Positions 30,004 through 38,428 of a stretch of 64,000 nucleotides of DNA are shown here, in pieces. Position numbers and translations under genes: made by a program. The notes under the pieces were generated by a model. It was not told the DNA's origin, made no database searches, and saw only the letters and a program-made list of their open reading frames with translations. Positions within the stretch are counted from its first letter, which is position 1; each line of letters begins with the position of its first letter. Origin of the DNA: an uncultured Gemmatimonadaceae bacterium (lineage in GTDB: Bacteria; Gemmatimonadota; Gemmatimonadetes; Gemmatimonadales; Gemmatimonadaceae); assembly GCA_963761305.1 (NCBI GenBank), contig CAVXGK010000001.1, positions 480,001 through 544,000 of the forward strand, in the 5' to 3' direction.

Positions 30004-31170
30004 TTACTTGGACATCTGGATGACGTCGCCGTAGTACTGAACTTTGCCCGCGTCGAACGCCTTGAGCAGATCCTGAATGCCCGACGTCACCGACGCGAGG
30101 CGGCCGCCGTATCGCATTTGCGGCGTCGTGCCCGCCGCCCCGAAGCCGCCGCGAAAGCCGCCGCCGATCGAACGAATGAACGAGCTGTTCGCGTCGAGCG
30201 GCAGCGTCGCGACATTCTTATAGAAGCGCGACCACTCGTCGTCCTGCTGAAACAGATACTGCTCGACGTTGGACGTGTAGAAGGCGGACACGACCGCGTG
30301 ATGGTCCTTGAGGTACTGCGCGACGGCGCGGATCGCTTTCGGTCCGGCGAAGTTGCCGACGACCGGCACCAGCAGGTTCTTCGTCTCGAAATCTTTGAGC
30401 CAGCGGTAATTCGCCTCGGTGGCGAGGTAGGCCCAGTTCTTCCCCGACGTGTCGGTGGCCTGCTGCAGCGTGGCGTAGGTCGGCATGCCGCCGCGTCCAA
30501 AGCCGCCACCGCCGCCGCTCGAGAAGTTGTAGTTGATCTGCGGACCGGCGTCGTAGAACTGCGAGTAGATGTACTCGAGCGTCTTGACGTCGCTGTCGCC
30601 CATCACGAAGCCGTGTGACGCCAGGTGCTCCTTGATCGCGGCGAAGTTGCGCTTCCACATGTTCGAGTCTGGCGCCGTGGTGGCGTACGCCTCGAACAGC
30701 TTCTGCGGCGTCGAGTTCGTGTCGAGTCCCGCCGGCCGCGGACGGCTGAACAGTTTCGAGAGGAAATCGGCGCGGTCGGCCGACGTCTCGAGGAGCGCCT
30801 TGTACATCAGGTGCTCGACCATGTTGCCGCGCCTGATGTCGAAGATGAACGCGATCTTCGGCTGCAGCGACACGATGTACGTGAAATTCTGTTCGGGGCC
30901 GACGCCGAGGTAGACGCCGCCGGGCTTGATGACGCTGCGGAGATACGGAATCACCGCCTGAAAGCCCGTCTCGTTCGACAGCAGGTTGTCGGAACGGAAG
31001 TAGCCGCCGGCTTCGGAGAAATCCGCGTTGAGCTGCCAGATCTCTTTGTCGCTGAGGCGCGCTGGAATCGTGCTCTGCGCCGTCGCGACCCGCGGAACGG
31101 CGAAAAGGGCCGCGGCCGCCAGGAGCGACGCCGGGCGTCGCCAGACGTTCGTGCGTGTGTGGGTATGCAT
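30004..31170 (-). CDS. Secreted hypothetical protein
   Basis: Signal peptide ...ATA|Q; motifs FRSDNLLSNE, YLGVGPEQNFTYI, FYTSNVEQYL. Confidence 0.8.
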   Translation of the reverse strand: MHTHTRTNVWRRPASLLAAAALFAVPRVATAQSTIPARLSDKEIWQLNADFSEAGGYFRSDNLLSNETGFQAVIPYLRSVIKPGGVYLGVGPEQNFTYIVSLQPKIAFIFDIRRGNMVEHLMYKALLETSADRADFLSKLFSRPRPAGLDTNSTPQKLFEAYATTAPDSNMWKRNFAAIKEHLASHGFVMGDSDVKTLEYIYSQFYDAGPQINYNFSSGGGGGFGRGGMPTYATLQQATDTSGKNWAYLATEANYRWLKDFETKNLLVPVVGNFAGPKAIRAVAQYLKDHHAVVSAFYTSNVEQYLFQQDDEWSRFYKNVATLPLDANSSFIRSIGGGFRGGFGAAGTTPQMRYGGRLASVTSGIQDLLKAFDAGKVQYYGDVIQMSK

Positions 31171-31283
31171 GTCCGTTTCTCTCGCGTTGGGCCTCACCGG
31201 GCTCCCTGCATAATGCACCGTCGCGCCCTGCACGTCACCTCCGGGGGACGGTGGCCCTCAGCGGCGGCACCGAAACCGGTCGG

Positions 31284-31309
31284 AAATCCGATTTGCCGCG
31301 GCGAGCGTA
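31284..31309 (+). promoter_or_regulatory. Putative ECF sigma promoter
   Basis: AAATCCG ... CGTA with ECF-like spacing, about 95 bp upstream of the DUF4331 operon. Confidence 0.4.
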
Positions 31310-31402
31310 CCCCCGGCACTTGGTCGCCAACGGCCGAGCGAACTGCTTGGGGCCGTCGCACCTCGGCCGCGTGCCCCGGCGCACATCCCGACAGGAGGCT
31401 TC

Positions 31403-32137
31403 ATGCGGTTCCGTTCTCTCACGCCAGGGGCGCGCTTGGCGGCCGCCATCGCGACGGTCGCAGTGATCGCCGGCGCCGGCATCGGCGTCGCACGCGCGTC
31501 GGACCACCAGGACAATCCACTCGTCGAACTCAATCCGGCGATGGACATGACCGACGTCTACGCGTTTCCTGGCTCGTCCCCCGACAGGATCGCCCTGGTC
31601 CTGAACAGCTGGGCATTCCTCACGCCGGCGCAGACGCCGTCCACGTCGTTCGATCCGAATCTCCTCTACCAGTTCAAGATCGACAACACGGGCGACGCCA
31701 AAGAGGACAAGGTCATTCAGATCGTCTTCAAGGGCACGGGCGCGAATCAGACGGTCGAAGTGCGCGGACCCGTCGCGCCCCCGGTGCTCGGCGCGATGAA
31801 CAACCAGCTCGCCAGCGGCGACCCCGCCGTCTCCGGCCCGCTGAACCAGGTCCTCGGGTCGGCGAGCGGCATTCAGGTGTTTGCCGGCCCGCGCGAAGAG
31901 CCGTTCTTCATCGACCTCGAGCAGTTCTTCCGCATCCTCCCCGACCGCAAGCCGTCGACCGGCGTGCTCTCCGCGCTGCCCGACACGGCGACCGCGGGCT
32001 CGTTCCGTACCGCGAGCGCCGCGGTGGATTTCACGAAGGGCTTCAACGTGCTCTCGATCGTCATCGAGCTTCCGACCGCCATGCTCACGACGGGCGGAAC
32101 GCCGAAGCTCGGCATCTGGGGCACGATCAGCCGCTGA
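31403..32137 (+). CDS. DUF4331-family secreted protein
   Basis: ASDHQD, DMTDVYAF, YQFKIDNTGD, VFAGPREEPFFIDL, GFNVLSIVIELP. Confidence 0.88.
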   Translation: MRFRSLTPGARLAAAIATVAVIAGAGIGVARASDHQDNPLVELNPAMDMTDVYAFPGSSPDRIALVLNSWAFLTPAQTPSTSFDPNLLYQFKIDNTGDAKEDKVIQIVFKGTGANQTVEVRGPVAPPVLGAMNNQLASGDPAVSGPLNQVLGSASGIQVFAGPREEPFFIDLEQFFRILPDRKPSTGVLSALPDTATAGSFRTASAAVDFTKGFNVLSIVIELPTAMLTTGGTPKLGIWGTISR

Positions 32138-32189
32138 TCTGCGCCACCAACTCAGTCATCACACACAACGACCGATAGAGGCGACTCAC

Positions 32190-32771
32190 ATGTCCATTCG
32201 TTCATTCTCGAGGCGAGGCCGCGTGTTGGCGATGGCCGGCGCGATCGCGTCGCTCGCGCTGGCAGCCGCGTGCGGCTCCGACAACAACACCATCACGGGC
32301 ACGACCTCCAACACAGTTCGCACGTTCAATCAGGTTCAGCGGCTGGGCAATCCGCTCGTCAGCGAAGTGTTCCTCATGAAAAAGGATCACCCGTTCCACG
32401 GCTCGATCGGCCCGGACGGCGACGTCGCGGCGTTCGCCGGCACGGTGAAGGGTTTCGTGGCCGCGTTCCGACCGCAGGCGACGACTCTCCAGAATACGCT
32501 GGCGACGGTGCTGCTACCCGACGTGCTGATCGTGCAGAGCGACAAGGCAACGTCCACCGCCGGTTGGCTGAGTTGGGCACTGTCGAACGGGTGGGGCGGC
32601 CGCAAGCTGACGGACGACGTCGTCGACGTGGGCCTCTCGGGGATCTTCAGCGACCTGCTCGACTCCACGCAATTCGTCTGCAAGCCGTTCACGCTTCCGC
32701 TCTGCACGGACAACGTCGGGTCGCACAGCACGTTCCAGACGGCGTTCCCGTACCTCGCGGCGCCGAAGTGA
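32190..32771 (+). CDS. DUF4331-family lipoprotein (resembles the C-terminal half)
   Basis: Lipobox AAAC; QVQRLGNPLVSE, GGRKLTDDVVD, FPYLAAP. Confidence 0.85.
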   Translation: MSIRSFSRRGRVLAMAGAIASLALAAACGSDNNTITGTTSNTVRTFNQVQRLGNPLVSEVFLMKKDHPFHGSIGPDGDVAAFAGTVKGFVAAFRPQATTLQNTLATVLLPDVLIVQSDKATSTAGWLSWALSNGWGGRKLTDDVVDVGLSGIFSDLLDSTQFVCKPFTLPLCTDNVGSHSTFQTAFPYLAAPK

Positions 32772-32779
32772 GGAGCGAG

Positions 32780-34093
32780 ATGCCTCGCCAATTCGTTCGC
32801 CCGCTCGTCACCGCGCGCGCCGTGCTGGTCGCGGCGCTCGCGGTGGCCGGCGCGGTGGGAGCAGGTTGCTCGCGCGGCGCGCCTGTCACCAAGAACGTCG
32901 CCGCCGTGCCCGTGACGGCGCCGCTGAGCGAAGGCGCCATCCTCGACCTGGATATAGAGTTTTACAAAGAGCGAGCCGGTCGCGACCCCACCGGCGCGAC
33001 CGACCTGGCCCGGCTGGCGGGACTGTACCTGCAGCGCTCGCGGGAGACGGGCGATCCGAGCGACGCGATTCGCGCCGAGTCGACCGCGCGGCGCTCGATC
33101 CGCAATCGCGGCGCGCGCAACGACGCGGCAGCCCAGGTCCTCTCGGCCAGCCTTCTCGCGCAGCACCGCTTCGACGAAGCGCTGTCGATCGCGCGAACGC
33201 TGCGCGACGGCAACCCGGACGTTCCGTCGCTGCGCGCTGCCGTCGGCGAGATCGAGATGGAGCTCGGGCAGTACGATTCCGCTCGTGTCGCGTTCGACAG
33301 CCTGTCCGGCTTCAGCCAAGATCTCTCGATCGCGCCTCGGTTGGCGCGATGGGCGGAAATCGAAGGACGCACCGGCGAAGCGCGCTGGCTCATGCGAACC
33401 GCGCTCACGAATGCCCTCGCGACGCCGCACATGCCGCGCGAACAGGTCGCATGGTTCTGGCTTCGCAACGGCGATATCGATCTTCGGAGCGGCAAGTATG
33501 CCCGTGCCGACTCCGAGTATCGCGCAGGACTGGCCGTGCATCCGGGCGACTATCGGCTCCTCGCCGCATCGGCACGACTGGCCGCGGCGCAGCACGACTG
33601 GCGACGCGCGATCACAGCCGGCGAGGAGGCGATTGCGACGTCGCTCGATCCGGCGACACTCGGCGTGCTGAGCGACGCGTACGCGGCGATCGGCGACAGC
33701 GCCAAAGCCCTCGAGTGCGCGCGCGTGCTCGACGTGGCGGTGCTCAAGCAGCCCGGCGCGTACCATCGCGCGTGGAGCCTCTTCCTGCTCGACCACGATC
33801 GCCATGTGGCGACGGTATACCGCAAGGTACTCGTCGAGCTTCGCACACGGCGTGACATCTATGGCTACGATCTCCTCGCGTGGGCGCTTCACGCGCAGGG
33901 ACGCGACGCCGAGGCCAAGTCGGCGATGGCGCACGCCCTCTCCGAGGGAACGCGAGATGCGCAGCTCTACTATCACGCGGCCGTGATCGAGCGGTCGCTC
34001 GGGCACACGACGACCGCGGATCGACTGTTCGCGCGGATGCGCGAGCTTCAGCCGACGGCCGCGAACGCCGCGGCCGAGGGAGAGGTGCAATGA
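32780..34093 (+). CDS. TPR-repeat lipoprotein
   Basis: Lipobox GAGC; LLAQHRFDEA and TPR helices. Confidence 0.85.
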   Translation: MPRQFVRPLVTARAVLVAALAVAGAVGAGCSRGAPVTKNVAAVPVTAPLSEGAILDLDIEFYKERAGRDPTGATDLARLAGLYLQRSRETGDPSDAIRAESTARRSIRNRGARNDAAAQVLSASLLAQHRFDEALSIARTLRDGNPDVPSLRAAVGEIEMELGQYDSARVAFDSLSGFSQDLSIAPRLARWAEIEGRTGEARWLMRTALTNALATPHMPREQVAWFWLRNGDIDLRSGKYARADSEYRAGLAVHPGDYRLLAASARLAAAQHDWRRAITAGEEAIATSLDPATLGVLSDAYAAIGDSAKALECARVLDVAVLKQPGAYHRAWSLFLLDHDRHVATVYRKVLVELRTRRDIYGYDLLAWALHAQGRDAEAKSAMAHALSEGTRDAQLYYHAAVIERSLGHTTTADRLFARMRELQPTAANAAAEGEVQ

Positions 34094-34707
34094 GCGAACT
34101 GGCGACGTACATCCACCTCGGCTTTCGCCACATCGTCGACATCGAGGCGATGGATCACATTCTGTTTCTCGTCGCGCTCGCCGCGATCTACCGTCCGCGC
34201 GACGTGCGACAGGCGCTGTGGGTGATCACGGCGTTCACGATCGGACATTCCATCACGCTGGGCTTGGCCGTCACTGGCGTCGTGCACTTCCCCACCGCCG
34301 TGATCGAGTTCCTCATTCCGGTGACAATCGTCGCGACGGGTGTCGAGAACCTGATCGCCAGCGCGCGACGGCGAGCAGGAATTCAGAGCGGGTATCGGCC
34401 GGTATTCGCCGGCGTGTTCGGACTGGTGCACGGTGCAGGGTTCGCCAACTATCTGAGCGCGATGTTCGTGACGCACATCGCGCTGCCACTGTTCGGGTTC
34501 AACGTCGGCATCGAGCTGGGGCAGATCGTCATTCTCGCCGCAGCGGCCGTGGTGCTGGGGCTGATCGATCGCGCCATCGACGCGGCGATCACGCTCGCGA
34601 AACGCCCGAGCGCTCAATGGCCGGCGCTTCGCCTGCGCGTCGTCGGCGTGTCGCTCCTGGTCGTCGCGGTCGCGTCGCGCTGGGCGGTGGAGCGGAGTCC
34701 ATGGTAG
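34090..34707 (+). CDS. HupE/UreJ family membrane protein
   Basis: LGFRHI, DHILF, TAFTIGHSITL, FGLVHGAGFA, FNVGIELGQ. Confidence 0.92.
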   Translation: MSELATYIHLGFRHIVDIEAMDHILFLVALAAIYRPRDVRQALWVITAFTIGHSITLGLAVTGVVHFPTAVIEFLIPVTIVATGVENLIASARRRAGIQSGYRPVFAGVFGLVHGAGFANYLSAMFVTHIALPLFGFNVGIELGQIVILAAAAVVLGLIDRAIDAAITLAKRPSAQWPALRLRVVGVSLLVVAVASRWAVERSPW

Positions 34708-35177
34708 CGGCGCTGTTGCTCGCTGCATCGCTGGCAAGCGCGCCGAGTCTCGTCGACGCGGTGCACCCGCTGCATACAACGATGGCCGAAGTCACGATCG
34801 ACCGCGCACGCCGTACGCTGCGCGTCGTCGTACGAGTGTTCGCCGACGACTTCGGCTCGGCGCTCAACGCCGCCAAGACAACCGGTTCGTGGGACGCGCG
34901 TGCGGCCAATTATCTGGCGAACGCGATCTCCGTCGTCGACGACGCGCGGCAACGTCTCGTGATGCGCGACTGCGGCAGCCGCCGGCAGGGCGACCTGTTG
35001 TGGTTGTGCACGGAGACGACGATCGCCGCGGCGAACCCGCGTCGCCTCTCCCTGCGCGACCAGATGTTGTGCGAGCTGTTCGCCGATCAGGTCAACGTGG
35101 TTCGCGTCACCGACGGCGCGGCGACGCGGAGCATGCTGTTTACGCGCGGCGATGCGGAGAAGCCGATCGGCGATTGA
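34701..35177 (+). CDS. DUF6702-like exported protein
   Basis: HPLHTT after the signal peptide; RVFADDF; FADQVNVV; typical HupE neighbour. Confidence 0.7.
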   Translation: MVAALLLAASLASAPSLVDAVHPLHTTMAEVTIDRARRTLRVVVRVFADDFGSALNAAKTTGSWDARAANYLANAISVVDDARQRLVMRDCGSRRQGDLLWLCTETTIAAANPRRLSLRDQMLCELFADQVNVVRVTDGAATRSMLFTRGDAEKPIGD

Positions 35178-35181
35178 AGCG

Positions 35182-35224
35182 GCTGGACGGGTGGACCGGT
35201 GGACCGGTGGACCGGTGGACCGGT
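35182..35224. repeat. 8-bp tandem repeat GGTGGACC x5
   Basis: Read directly, between convergent stop codons; same unit as 22392-22423. Confidence 0.9.
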
Positions 35225-36951
35225 CAGAACGGCGGCGATGTCTTCGGCGGCCGCCTCGACACATCCCACTCCACTCGACCGACTGCTCCACCGCCGATCG
35301 TCACGATCGTATCGGCGTTCGCCGCGCCGGCGGTCCAATGCAAATAGACCTGCACGTCGCTCGGCAGCCCGCACACAAGAAACCGCCCTTGCGCGTCGAC
35401 CTGGCCCTCGCGGTTCAGGTCGATCGCCTGGCCGCCGAGGTTGACTCGCCACGAGGCGCGGACTTGCCCGTTGTCGCCGGTTGCACCGTCGCGCTCGAGG
35501 TGGCCGACGAGCACCGAGTGAAACACCGAGCCGCCGTTCTTGCACACTTGCGCGATCGTCGCGCCGATCGCCGGCAGTTGGACCCGGACGTCGATCACGC
35601 GGTTGCGCTCCACCACGACGACGCGCGAGTCCCAGCGATCGCGTGCAAACGCCTCGAGCGTGGTATCGGCGACGCGCAGCAGATAGCGCCCGGGCACCAT
35701 CGGCGTGAAGTCGAATCGGCCGAGCGAGTCGGTTGAGACGGTGTCGCGCGTGCCTTCGATCGAGACGAGCGCTCCAGCAACCGGATGCGACGTGTCTTTC
35801 TCAGTGACCACCCCCGAGATCCCCGTCGGCGCGTCCGACCACGACGTGCCGTCTCGCCAGCGCGTCGAGACGACGGAGCCGCCCGACACCCACGTGGCGA
35901 CCACGGTCACGTGATCCGCCTGCGACGAGGCGACCCGCCCCGGTGATACCGAACCTGCGGCTCCGGACGTCACGCGCAGCATTGGAACGTCGATGAACCA
36001 CCGCTCGATGAACGACACGCCGTTCGGCGCCGAGTGAAACTCGATGTGGCCGCCCGGCGGATTGCGCGACCACGCGGCGTCGAAGCCGGTGTGGCGGAAA
36101 TCCAGCGAGCGGAGCGCCGGTTGGGCCGCGTCGACCCAGATCACGCCGCTGACGTCGACCGTTCCCTCACGCTGCCGAACCGGCGCGAACGCCAGGCCGA
36201 TCTGCCCGCGATGCGCGCCGTCGGCCTCCTGGAGATGAAAGCAGTGGGTCAACGCGAACGATTCGTCGAGGAGCACGTCGGCGTCCGGCGCGAAGAGCGT
36301 CCGCCCCCCGCTCGACGCGTCCGTCGTCACGTAACCCGCCGAGGCGAACTGCTGGGGCGACGCGGCGGCCACGAAGGGACGCGTCGTGCTGCCCGTTCGC
36401 ACGGTCACCGTCTGAGTCTCCACGAGGTGATCCGACGGACTTTCGCGACGCTCGTAGGAGAGCGTCGTCGCGGTCGCCGGATTCGCTTCGCGCGCGACGA
36501 CAGCGGCGAGGAGTCCGGCGTGCACTTGCTCCCAGAGCGTGAACGCGCCGCCGTGGTCCGTCGAGCTCGGACAGAGCTCACTTCCGGTCACGCGTACGGC
36601 GTCGAGCAGCGACGGCAGGCGCACCATCCGCACGCGAATCGGCGCGTTGGCCGCGACGGCCGCCGCGACATCGACGTCGCGCGGGCGAAATCCGATGCGC
36701 AACACGCGCGCATGAGCCGGGGCATCGCTGACCGAGACGGAGAACTCGCCACTCGAGGCAGTGACGGTTCGTCCCAACGACGCGCCGTTCGCGCTCGTGA
36801 GCGTGACCACCGCGCCGGCGATCGGCGTCTCGGTGGCGCTGTCCAGCACGGAGCCGCGCACGACCTGTTGAGCGGCGGACGATCCCGCGATGCCGATCGC
36901 CAGCACGGTACAGCACGCCAATCGACTCGATGTGCGCACGGTTGCCCCCAT
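35224..36951 (-). CDS. Secreted protein with carboxypeptidase-regulatory-like domains
   Basis: QVVRGSVLDSATETPIAGAVV...RIGFRP; second domain ISGVVTE..PVAGALV...PGRY; start uncertain. Confidence 0.8.
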   Translation of the reverse strand: MGATVRTSSRLACCTVLAIGIAGSSAAQQVVRGSVLDSATETPIAGAVVTLTSANGASLGRTVTASSGEFSVSVSDAPAHARVLRIGFRPRDVDVAAAVAANAPIRVRMVRLPSLLDAVRVTGSELCPSSTDHGGAFTLWEQVHAGLLAAVVAREANPATATTLSYERRESPSDHLVETQTVTVRTGSTTRPFVAAASPQQFASAGYVTTDASSGGRTLFAPDADVLLDESFALTHCFHLQEADGAHRGQIGLAFAPVRQREGTVDVSGVIWVDAAQPALRSLDFRHTGFDAAWSRNPPGGHIEFHSAPNGVSFIERWFIDVPMLRVTSGAAGSVSPGRVASSQADHVTVVATWVSGGSVVSTRWRDGTSWSDAPTGISGVVTEKDTSHPVAGALVSIEGTRDTVSTDSLGRFDFTPMVPGRYLLRVADTTLEAFARDRWDSRVVVVERNRVIDVRVQLPAIGATIAQVCKNGGSVFHSVLVGHLERDGATGDNGQVRASWRVNLGGQAIDLNREGQVDAQGRFLVCGLPSDVQVYLHWTAGAANADTIVTIGGGAVGRVEWDVSRRPPKTSPPF

Positions 36952-37171
36952 TCCGCTGAACGCCACTCGTACGATTTGCCGCGCCACTCTCGAGTTGATC
37001 CTGCTGCCCTTGGGGAAGCACGGCAACCCCGAGCGACGTTATTCGATCATTAGGAAATGGTGAACGCGCTGCCTTGCCGCCCGCAGCCGGGCGGCATACG
37101 ATTGAGCCGCTCGTGCCCGCCACCCGGGAGATCGTGTAATGTCTGTCGTCGCGCAGCCGCTCGTTCTGCTG

Positions 37172-38413
37172 ATGAAGTGCTGTCGTGTCCTGCTCGTTCT
37201 CGTCGGCTCAGCCGCGCTCCTTGCCACGGTGGCGTGCGGGAGCGACTCGTCGCTGACGCCGTCGTTTTCGAAGACGCCCGTTGTGGAAACGGCGCTGGCG
37301 GCGGGGTCACAGTTCGCCTGCGCCCTCACGATCGACGGCAAATCCTATTGTTGGGGCGACAACCTCAGAGGGCAGATCGGCGATTCCTCGTTCTCGGTCT
37401 CGTACACTCCCTTGCCGACGGCCGGCGGACACGCGTTCGTCGCCATTGCCGCAGGGGACGGCTCGACTTGTGCGCTCGACCACGCGGGCGTCGCATGGTG
37501 CTGGGGCGACGACCCGACGCAGCCCGGCGTTCCACTCAGCTATCAGACAACTCCCGCTCGCGTCTCGTCGCCGCGTCCGTTCGAGGCGATCACCGTCGGT
37601 TCGAAATTCGCCTGCGGCCTCGACGTAAGCGGCACGGCCTTCTGCTGGGGCACCAACGCCCAGGGGCAGCTCGGCGTCGGCGATACCGTTCACCGGACGG
37701 GCGCGACCGCTGTGCAAACCGGCGTCCGATTCTCGTCCATCGTGGCCGACTTTTTCAGCGCGTGCGGCCTCACGAGCGGCGGCGCGGCGTGGTGCTGGGG
37801 CGACAACAGCTTCGGCGAGCTGGGAACCGGCGACACGATCTCATCGACGACGCCGCGCGCCGTGACCGGATCGTTGGTCTTTCGCGAGCTGTCGAGCGGG
37901 CCCATTCACGAGTGTGGAATCACGACGAACGGCGCCGCCTTTTGTTGGGGAAACAACGCCGGCGGACAACTCGGCGACGGCACCGGGACTCAGCGTCTCG
38001 TGCCCACGCCGGTGGTGGGAAACATTGCGTTCATCAGCATTCGCAGCTCGCGCGTGAACTCGATCTTTAGCACGACCTGCGGTGTCACCACCTCGGGCGA
38101 CGCATATTGTTGGGGCTACGGATCGAAAGGTCAGTTGGGTAGTTCCCCGATCAGCGACGCGTGCACAGCATTCTCGCCGCCGGGCACGACCAACGGCACC
38201 CAGGTGACGTTCGTGTGCTCGTATCGGCCGACGCATATCGCCGGCGTTTCGTCAATCGTCGCGATGGACGTGGGTCAAGCGTTCGTCTGCACCATCACCG
38301 TGGCGTCCACGCTGGTCTGCTGGGGCGAGGACGTCCACGGCGAGCTGGGAGACGGAGTCGGCATCGCATCAGCGACGCCGGTCCAGGTCAAAGGCGGGCT
38401 GCCGGTCCCGTAG
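37172..38413 (+). CDS. RCC1-repeat lipoprotein
   Basis: Lipobox VAC; repeats AG..FAC.L..G.A.CWG.N..GQLG. Confidence 0.88.
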   Translation: MKCCRVLLVLVGSAALLATVACGSDSSLTPSFSKTPVVETALAAGSQFACALTIDGKSYCWGDNLRGQIGDSSFSVSYTPLPTAGGHAFVAIAAGDGSTCALDHAGVAWCWGDDPTQPGVPLSYQTTPARVSSPRPFEAITVGSKFACGLDVSGTAFCWGTNAQGQLGVGDTVHRTGATAVQTGVRFSSIVADFFSACGLTSGGAAWCWGDNSFGELGTGDTISSTTPRAVTGSLVFRELSSGPIHECGITTNGAAFCWGNNAGGQLGDGTGTQRLVPTPVVGNIAFISIRSSRVNSIFSTTCGVTTSGDAYCWGYGSKGQLGSSPISDACTAFSPPGTTNGTQVTFVCSYRPTHIAGVSSIVAMDVGQAFVCTITVASTLVCWGEDVHGELGDGVGIASATPVQVKGGLPVP

Positions 38414-38428
38414 GAGACGCGCCGAGCG

